From assembly GCF_006345805.1 (NCBI RefSeq), contig NW_021825043.1, positions 1-17,742 on the forward strand: DNA of 17,742 nucleotides, written 5' to 3'. The position numbers and the translations under genes are program-made. Each line of letters begins with the position of its first letter. Position 1 is the stretch's first letter. Below the pieces are notes generated by a model, which saw only the letters and a list, made by a program, of their open reading frames with translations, made no database searches and was not told where the DNA came from. Shown piece after piece: positions 9,850-17,742 of this stretch. Origin of the DNA: Octopus sinensis (lineage: Eukaryota).

Positions 9850-10420
9850 CACACATACACACACATAAACATACATACATACATACATACATACATACAC
9901 ACACACATACATACACACATATATACATAAATAAAAAATACATACATACATACATACATACATACATACATACATACATACATACATACAAACATACATA
10001 CATACATACATACATAAATAACATACATACATACATACATACATACATACATACATACATACATACATACATACATACAAACATACATACATACATACAT
10101 ACATACATACATACATACATACATACATACATACAAACATACATACATACATACATACATACAAAAATACTCTGTTGTTGAGGTTGATATTCCAATGAAG
10201 GAACCTTGGATCTGGGTTAGAAACCGGCTTTTTCTCTGTTGGCTAAAATCTTGAAATAAAACTCAATAATAACGTGTGTATATCCTGTTGTGTCTGGGGA
10301 GGACACTCTCTTTTAGTGCGCCTCATGATTTAACACACTCACCGGTAAAATTTCCACTTTCCTTCAACGCACGAACACACAAAGAATCTTGCAAACCAAA
10401 TGCAAGAACGAAAAGTAAAT

Positions 10421-10496
<76 letters not shown>

Positions 10497-10570
10497 CACA
10501 CATACACACACATAAACATACATACATACATACATACATACATACATACACACATACACACACACATACA
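9250..10570. repeat. Direct tandem duplication, unit ~650 bp
   Basis: The unique block aaaaatactctgttgttgagg...tgcaagaacgaaa occurs at 9514 and 10163 (offset 649). Variant motifs inside the (CATA)n tracts repeat at a similar offset (taaataaca at 9362 and 10015). Confidence 0.9.
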
Positions 10571-10702
10571 TACATACATACATACATACATACATACATA
10601 CATACATACATACATACATACATACATACATGCGTGCATGCATGCATACATACATACATACATACGTACGTATGTATGTATGTATGTATATATATTTATT
10701 TA

Positions 10703-11089
10703 TTCTTTTATTTGTTTCGTTCATTTGACTGCGGCGATGCTGGAGCACCGCCTTTAGTCGAAACAAATCGATCCCAGGACTTATTCTTTGTAAGCCTACT
10801 ACTTATTCTATCGGTGTCTTTTGCCGAACCGCTAGGTTACGTGATCGGAAACACACCAGCATCGGTTGTCAAGCGTTGGTGGGGGTACAAACACGGACGT
10901 ACAAATATACACACACACACATATATATATACGACGGGCTTCTTTCAGTTTCCGTCTACCTAATCCACTCACGAGGCTCTGGTCGGCCCGAGGCTATAGT
11001 TGAAGGCACTTACCCAAGGTGCCACACAGTGGGACTGAACCCGGAACTGTGTGGTTAGTAAGCAAGCTACTTACCACACAGCCACTCCT
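10703..11089 (-). mobile_element. SINE family 1, inverted copy
   Basis: Reverse complement of 1332-1806 from AGGAGTGGCTGTGTGGTAAG to GTCAAATGAACGAAACAAATAAAAGA. Confidence 0.92.
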
Positions 11090-11104
11090 ATATGAATGCA
11101 TGAG

Positions 11105-11345
11105 TGTATGTATGTATGTATGTATGTATGTATGTATGTATGTATTGTATGTATGCATGTATGTATGTATGTATGTATGTATGTATGTATGTATGTATGT
11201 ATGTATGTATGCATGTATGTATGTATGTATGTATGTATTGTATGTATGTATGTATGTATGTATGTATGTATGTATGTATGTATGTATGTATGTATGTATG
11301 TATGATGTATGTATGTATGTATGTGTGTGTGTGCGTATGTATGCA
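11105..11345. repeat. (TATG)n microsatellite
   Basis: Read directly from the sequence. Confidence 0.97.
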
Positions 11346-11544
11346 TTCCTGTATTAATTACAGACATAAGTGAATGTTCGTTCTATGTAAATATGAAACT
11401 AAAACCGAAAGCTACAGAATGTGTGTGAGGATGAGCGGATGTAACATTACACACACACACACACACACACACATGTGTACTTGGTTTTGCAGCACATTAG
11501 CTCACTCCCTTCATTAAATCGACATTACCTGTACAGGTACACAA

Positions 11545-11607
11545 GTGTGCCACACATCAGATTTCGAAGTGATCGCAGAGCAACGTGAAATTAAACGCTT
11601 TGCTCAA
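11545..11607 (-). mobile_element. Fragment of a SINE family 3-related element
   Basis: gagcaacgtgaaattaaacgctttgctcaa is the reverse complement of a TTGAGCAAG..TTTATTTCACGTTGCTC-like motif seen at 7402-7431. Confidence 0.6.
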
Positions 11608-11630
11608 TATATCGTATTGCCTGCGCGCGA

Positions 11631-12137
11631 AATTTTTTCCCATGAGAGTTCCGGGCCCCAGTAATGAACTCATTTGCATACAGCCAATCAGAGCTCACCT
11701 TGACCTTGTTGTCAAGTTAACAAACACACTCTACCAGGTAAACTCAAGACAAAGAGCCGTCTTATAAGTCGACCGATCGCCCAAGTTCTGCCTGATTTTA
11801 GAAGGAGACAAGTAATTAGATGAGTTTGCATCTATACCTGTTATCGGATTTTGTTAGGGCCCCTTATGGTAAAGATGTGGATGGGGAAAATGTGGGTTGG
11901 GGTGATGTGCTAGCAATCCTCTTCCCTCATTGTTTTACAAAGTAAACAACAACACAAATAACTATGCAGAGACAGCCATGGTTGGAACAGGAACAAGAAC
12001 AAGAAACATGGTCATTCCTTATCTTATCGTCCATCACTTGTTATGTGCCACTCGTAAATTAGTTTGATAGTTGAGTTCTGATTGGCCGTATGTAAATGAT
12101 TCATAACTAGGGTCCAGAACTCTCGTGGGAAAAAATT
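11631..12137. mobile_element. Non-coding element with ~67 bp imperfect inverted arms (MITE/foldback-like), superfamily unknown
   Basis: 11631-11697 versus the reverse complement of 12072-12137 gives 58/67 matches by hand (8 mismatches, 1 gap). No internal transposase and no TSD visible. Confidence 0.75.
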
Positions 12138-12544
12138 ACTCTGTACGTCCACTCTGGTGTCGTTTGTTCGTTCGAAGCCCAAATTTTCCATAAATTTTAT
12201 AGTTTAAAAATTTCCGGATGCGGCTGTCTTATGAATTTTTCCTGTCTTGACGTTGAAAGATCGAAACAGGTAGTAAGTAATAGACAGTCGACAACTGAGA
12301 AGGAGTTAGACTTCTTTTGGTATTTTGTCCCGTACTTATCTCTGTTTGTTTACGTATTATTCACTCGCTGGTGATGCCCTGTACTTAATGTTTATTTTTA
12401 AATATATATATATTAAATATATATATATGTGTATATATATATTTATATATATATATGTGTATATATATATTTATATATATATATATATATACACACAAAT
12501 ATATACATATTTATACATACGTACATAGATATATACATACATAT

Positions 12545-12581
<37 letters not shown>

Positions 12582-12582
12582 A

Positions 12583-12821
12583 GGAGCACTCCGTCGGGTA
12601 CAACGACGAGGGTCCCAGCTGATCCGATCAACGGAACCGCTTACTCGTGAAATTAACGTGCAAGTGACTGAGCACTCCACAGACATGTGTACCCTTAATG
12701 TAGTTCTCAGGGATATTCAGTGTGACACAGAATGCGACAAGGCTGGCCCCTATAAAATACAGGTACTACTCATTTTTGCCAGCTGAGTGGACTGGAGCAA
12801 CGTGAAATGAAATGTCTTGCT
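12583..12821 (-). mobile_element. SINE family 3, inverted copy lacking its tRNA head
   Basis: Reverse complement of ~7403-7643; breaks off at gtcttgct, where caaggacac is expected. Confidence 0.9.
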
Positions 12822-13946
12822 AAAACAAGGGAGTTGGGTGAGTGAGAGCGAGGTCAAGTCGAAGCTCATCATGATAAAGATGGAATGTCTCAAAGGCAAA
12901 TTGCTCAGAAGATGAAAAGTCCTCGATGTGCCGTGCAAACGACTCTCAAGCACTTCAGAGAGACAAAAGATGTGAAGACAATACAAAGAACAGGCTGAAA
13001 AAAAAAGGTTACATCACCTCGTGATGATAGATCCATCATCCATCAGCCGCTCAGAAACAGAAGAAAAACATCATTGGAGCTCTGTGCTGACTTCAACGAG
13101 GCAAGGACTTCACAAATATCAACCAGATCTGTGAGAAGAAGGCCTGTAGAGTACGGTCTGAAAGGCGGTAAAGCCAGGCAGAAACCATGGGTTTCCGAGG
13201 CGAATATGGAAAAATGTCTTCAGTGGGCCAAAAACCACTGAAATTGGACCAGTGAGCAATGGTCAAAAGTCATATGGTCTGATGAAAGTAACTATGAGGT
13301 AAGATAGAACATGTATTCAATCAACATATAAACTTAATGTAACTGGTTTGTTGCACCAGATATATAAAAAAGTATCCAACATAAAGCTAATATTATTTTA
13401 CCCAGGTTTTCAGGACATCTGGTGCGATTTTCGTGCGTTGAGAGTCGAGGAAGCCTTTAAGGCTGAATGTCTGGTACCAACCGTGAAACATGGGGGTGGT
13501 TCTAACATGGTGTGGGCCTGCATGTCTGCTACAGGACCCGGAAGAAATGTTTTTATGTCAAGGAAGGATAAATTCAGCTACCTATGCTTCTATGTTATCG
13601 GATGTTTTAGAGCCATCAATTGCTAAATTGCATCCAGGAGTGTCGAAAAACAGGACAACGCTCCATGTCATACAGCAAAGAATACTCCTCGATGGTTTGA
13701 GACACAAAGTATTGTTCCCATGGACTGGCCAGCTCAAAGACCTGATCTAAATCCAATCGAACACCTATGGAGAACTCTTGGTGAAGCTATCAGAAACACG
13801 ACAATTAAAAATAAAGAGCATTTGTACCAAATGTTGAGAGGAGAATGGAGTAAAATTGTGCCCAGCACCTGCAAGAGACGAGCTGATTCAATGCCTAACC
13901 GTTTAAAGTGGTCATTGATGCTAAAGAAGGGTCAGCCAGTTATTAA
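12819..13946 (+). pseudogene. Tc1 transposase pseudogene, two exons (12819-13298, 13406-13946), three TGA stops in exon 1 and several frameshifts in exon 2
   Basis: Manual translation; exon 1 is a single frame from 12819 through the catalytic D at 13281. Confidence 0.85.
13299..13405 (+). other. 107 bp GT-AG intron in the Tc1 transposase
   Basis: Donor GAG|GTAAGA, branch-like CTAAT ~13387-13391, acceptor TTATTTTACCCAG|G. Removing it joins WSDESNYE to VFRTSGAIFVR in frame. Confidence 0.8.
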
Positions 13947-14324
13947 AACTAATGTATATTGTGAAATATACCATAATCTACCATGTGCACGAGTTTCATT
14001 AACATTGAGACAGCAGAACCCCAAAACATTGGGGTGGCCTAATACTTTTGGCCAAGGCTGTATATATACAAGGTATAAATAATGGTCCGTTAGATATTTT
14101 TTGTTGTATTAGCTCGTCTTACAGCTGTTTCCTGTAGTCGCGACGGTTGTGGGAGCGCAGGCATGGGTCCAGAATACAGAATAGTGATAAACTATAACCT
14201 CAGAAGGTGCCACCAAAATGCGCGGAGTTCTTTGCTAATCTAAAGAATATCGTTAGCTTGTTGTACAAACAGAGCTTATAAAGTATTTTTCCCGGATCAA
14301 TAATCCCTCACTTATAACCATATG

Positions 14325-14355
14325 CGTGTATGTGTGTGTATGCATATATATATGC

Positions 14356-14386
<31 letters not shown>

Positions 14387-14586
14387 TGTATGTGTATGTA
14401 TGTATGTATGTATGTATGTATGTGTGTGTATGTATGTATGTGTGTATATTATGTATGTATGTGTATGTATTTATGTATGTATGTATGTATGTATGTATGT
14501 ATGTGTGTATATTATGTATGTAAGTATGTATGTATGTATGTATGTGTGTGTGTATATTATGTATGTATGTGTATGTATGTATGTAT
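14325..14586. repeat. (TATG)n/(TG)n compound microsatellite
   Basis: Read directly from the sequence. Confidence 0.95.
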
Positions 14587-14726
14587 TGAGATGAATTCAG
14601 AAGAGTTTGCAATAATTCTGAGAGTAGTTCTTGCAGTTTTTGCGTAGTTCACCGACATAATTATGTGTGTGTGTGTGTGTGTGTGTGTGCGCAGATACAT
14701 ATCTGTTCATTCATTCATGCATATTT

Positions 14727-14764
<38 letters not shown>

Positions 14765-14782
14765 GTATGTATGCGATATTAG

Positions 14783-15031
14783 GCAGGATATCTGGTTGTC
14801 AATGCATGTAACATCATACTGTACGAACAGGTTATCTCAAGTTATCAATTGCTTGAAGAATGCCACCAGAGCATCTCTAGACTCGTCACCCGTATTGCGA
14901 TACCCGCCACCCTCATCTCCGTTGTATCACCATTACTAATAGTTACAAGCTCGTATTTCTATTTTTTTCTAGGTTACGATGACCCCCGCATCGCGTACTG
15001 TCATGTAGATTTGGGTATTTTAAGAAAGTAG
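14783..15031 (+). CDS. Candidate terminal coding exon of an unidentified membrane protein (unproven)
   Basis: 82 stop-free codons after a TAG (14780-14782): AGYLVVNACNIILYEQVISSYQLLEECHQSISRLVTRIAIPATLISVVSPLLIVTSSYFYFFLGYDDPRIAYCHVDLGILRK*. Non-repetitive, with a hydrophobic segment; no family recognised. Confidence 0.25.
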   Translation, partial: AGYLVVNACNIILYEQVISSYQLLEECHQSISRLVTRIAIPATLISVVSPLLIVTSSYFYFFLGYDDPRIAYCHVDLGILRK

Positions 15032-15039
15032 CTCGACTG

Positions 15040-15198
<159 letters not shown>

Positions 15199-15776
15199 GG
15201 GTGTGTGTGGTTGTGTATAGAAGAATATATTAATAAAAGGAATTCCAACCTTGTCTGATTTTCACGTTTTATTTACATTCTTATAAATGATATAATATAA
15301 TAAAATAAAATAAAATAAAATAAAATAAAATAATAGAATGTTAAATGTTCATTCTGATTGTTCATGTAGTAGTGGTGACAGTCATGCTTCACAATTTTTG
15401 ACTGTAGCGAGATGATTGAATCTGTGCCTTAAATACAGCTGTGTAGGCTCCAGATTGCTAGGTTTTGCAAACTGTATTCTGACCAATCAGTGTGTAGTAT
15501 CACTCAATTACTTAAGCTGATTGGTTGGTTGAGCTGATTGGTTTAGGCGTCGCGCTTTGTTGAACATGTCAAGAGTCCTGTATCTTAACCCTGGCCGAGG
15601 CAGCAATTGTTGGGCTATTTTTAGAAATGTTGTAAATAGCCTTTGTCAGGGATTTCTATATTTCAATTGTCATCATCATCATTGTCAGCACCTTAATTAT
15701 TGTTGCTAGTGGTGATGGTGGTGGCAATAGAACTTTTAACCCTAAATAAGATAATTTTCCTGCTATCTAAGTATTA

Positions 15777-15886
15777 TTATTGTTGCTTATTTAGCTTGGG
15801 TTCGAATTTATTAATAAAATTCTTTTCTCTGATTTTCCTCTCGATTTCACTTGGGCTGTGTAATTTGTAGAATTGTAATTCTACAA
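15777..15886 (-). mobile_element. Probable Penelope-like element, C-terminus of the GIY-YIG endonuclease; its non-coding 3' part may extend toward ~15340
   Basis: QFYKLHSPSEIERKIREKNFINKFEPKLNKQQ* fits the PLE endonuclease C-terminal pattern (FYK...R...E..FI..F.P.LN) as I recall it, and is not RTE sequence. Confidence 0.6.
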
Positions 15887-17230
15887 TATATAATGGCATT
15901 TTCTGCTCTCTGGACTTCTCCTGAAGTTGGCGTATGGAGAATATCATGTCAATAGTTGATCTGCTTCTTCTAAAGCCACACTGCGATTCTGGATAAATTC
16001 GAGAAGCAAGCAGTTGCAGCCTGGACAGGATAATGCGAGCAGAGGCCTTTCCAACGGTGCTTAGAAGAGATATTCCACGGTAATTGTTGCAATCACCACG
16101 GTCACCTTTGTTTTTGTAAAGCGTAATGATGTTAGCATCCCGCATATCCTGAGGGACTGTACCCTCTTCCCAGCACTGACACAGAAGCTCATAAAGGTGC
16201 CGAAGCAGGATAGTGTTTTTGCCGGTTCTGATGATCTCTAAGGGAATGCCGTCTTTTCCCAGAGCCTTGTTACTTCCTAGGGAGTCGATAGCCTTGCTGA
16301 GCTCTGCTATAGATGACAGACTGTCAAGTTCACACATGACTGGCAAGATCTTGACACCCTCGATTGCAGCCTCAGCTACCGTGGTCTCTCGTGAGTAGAG
16401 ATCCTGGTAGTACTCCACCCATCTATCCATTTGCTTGCTTTGGTCCTTGATGAGATTCCCAGTAGTTGATTTCAGAGGGGCTGACTTGGTTGCGGATGGA
16501 CCGAGGGCCTTCTTCAAACCGGCATACATCCCACGGGTGTCACCACTGTCAGCAGTTGACTGGATACTCTGACAGATTTCCTGCCAATACCTATTTGCAC
16601 AGCGTCTGGCAGGCAGTTGGGTTTAATTTCTTGCCTTTCTGAGTTCTTCGAGTGACTTTATTGAAGAATCACTCTTGTATTACATCAGAGCTGCACGCTT
16701 TGTTTCGATAACTGTTTTCAGCTCTGAGAGCTCAGCACTGAACAAAATCTGGGTTTTGCCTTTCTCTCATGCCGAAAGTATCTATTGATGTGGTATACAA
16801 AGCTTCCCTGATATAATTCCACCTACTTTCAGCTGAGGTGGTTGGGCAGCTATTGAGGGCAACTTTGATAGAAACAGCAAAACATTGTCGCAGTGCAGGG
16901 TCGGAGGTTCTGGCAGTGTTAATGCGTGGTCGGCCCATTTTCTTGGAGTGATGGATTTTTTAGACAGAATCCTCAACCTGCTTCTTATTAGTGATTGATC
17001 TGTGTCACAATCCGCGCTGTGGTAACTACGAGTCAGTTGAACAGAATTCAGAAAGGGTCTTCGGTAATGATGAGATCAGCTGATGCCAGTGGTGAGATCT
17101 GGATTGTCTCTAAGATGCCTGTGGGATGTCTTGTTGGCAAAGAATGTGTTAGTGATGCACAGGTTATGGTATGTGAAAATTCAAGTAGTCTCTGGCCATT
17201 GCCATTCATGTTGCCAATACTAAAAACACT
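15887..17230 (-). mobile_element. RTE-clade LINE internal fragment (APE C-terminus, linker, RT N-terminus), disrupted
   Basis: IGNMNGNGQRLLE, HNLCITNTFF (shifted frame), HWHQL, SRWNYIREAL, RWVEYYQDLY, GKDGIPLE, WEEGTVPQDMRDANIITLYKNKGDRGDCNNYRGISLLSTVGK, YPESQCGFRRSRSTIDMIFSIRQLQEKSREQKMPLYI. Stops before the expected AFIDLxKAFD. Confidence 0.93.
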
Positions 17231-17291
17231 ACATACATATATACATAATATATATATACGATCGATTTGTTTCAGTTCCTGTCTGCGAAAT

Positions 17292-17294
<3 letters not shown>

Positions 17295-17346
<52 letters not shown>

Positions 17347-17450
17347 TATATATGTGTGTGTGTTGGTGTGTGTGTGTGTGTGTGGTGTGTGTGTGTGTGT
17401 TGTGTGTGTGGCGTATACATATATGCATACACGCATATACATACATATAT
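17295..17450. repeat. (TA)n/(TG)n compound microsatellite
   Basis: Read directly from the sequence. Confidence 0.93.
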
Positions 17451-17742
17451 ATTTGGAATTTACAAAAGAAACGAACAAAAGACGAAGACGGGTGTGTAAA
17501 CAGCAAACAGGTTTATTAGTTTAACGCTCCGGACTTACGAAAATTTATATAGGGAGTACTACTAATTTTAAAATTAGATATAGGAGACACAAGAATTCAT
17601 TTATTCACCCCTATATAAAAAATTACAGACATTTTAGTATATTGTAAGCATAAATATTTAGCGTCTTATAATTTTCTTAAACTTTAAATATATTTTTTAG
17701 AATATAAAGCTTTTTGAAAATACGGTCCAATATAGATCATTA

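Larger units (their letters stand above)
12819..14060 (+). mobile_element. Decayed Tc1-family (DD34E) DNA transposon; left end missing, right TIR followed by TA
   Basis: AKTRELGE*ERGQV..GMSQRQIAQKM (paired-like HTH), TG*KKKVTSPRDDR, WSDESNYE (D at 13281), TVKHGGGSNMVW, QDNAPCH (D at 13654), WPAQRPDLNPIEHLW (E at 13759; 34 residues between D and E). The end reads ...CCTAATACTTTTGGCCAAGGCTG|TA at 14060. Confidence 0.93.

Noticed and set aside
12241-12285. Hammerhead-like ...TTGACG TTGAAAGAT CGAAACAGGTA
   Set aside because: It lacks the CUGANGA core and a convincing stem II.
11400-12820. Left TIR of the Tc1 element
   Set aside because: I found no CAGCCTTGGCCAAAAGTATT-like sequence upstream; the 11631-12137 arms are unrelated to it.
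15480-15545. Clustered CCAAT/ATTGG boxes as a host promoter
   Set aside because: They lie in the probable non-coding 3' part of the Penelope-like fragment, with no linked host gene.
15777-16529. Functional reverse transcriptase gene
   Set aside because: It is truncated before the catalytic RT motifs, the upstream RTE has stops and shifts, and the C-terminus is from another element.
17466-17535. Fragment resembling a common octopus repeat I associate with Penelope-type termini
   Set aside because: Recognition is from memory only, there is no second copy or coding motif in the window, and the diagnostic ribozyme part is absent.

Overview
AT-rich eukaryotic DNA with no intact host protein-coding gene that I can support. 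It is almost entirely transposon fragments and microsatellites. The SINE families and overall texture resemble, from memory and unverified, an octopus/coleoid cephalopod genome. Contents: (1) three tRNA-derived SINE families in about 10 copies or fragments; (2) four 5'-truncated non-LTR retrotransposons with a restriction-like endonuclease (RLE), three of them R4/Dong-like and co-oriented inside (AAT)n tracts at 2.6-6.1 kb; (3) a decayed Tc1 (DD34E) transposon with a spliceosomal-type intron and only its right TIR; (4) a ~507 bp non-coding element with ~67 bp inverted arms carrying octamer and CCAAT motifs; (5) an RTE LINE fragment fused in frame, through a perfect hairpin, to a probable Penelope-like GIY-YIG C-terminus; (6) two local duplications and a microsatellite-built minisatellite. 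Most ORFs in the supplied track are microsatellite translations. Two unique-sequence islands (6810-7900 and 14783-15031) may contain exons but are unproven. The most coherent system is the 2.0-6.7 kb cluster, where (ATT)n-tailed SINEs on the minus strand appear to supply (TAA)n targets for plus-strand Dong-like elements.
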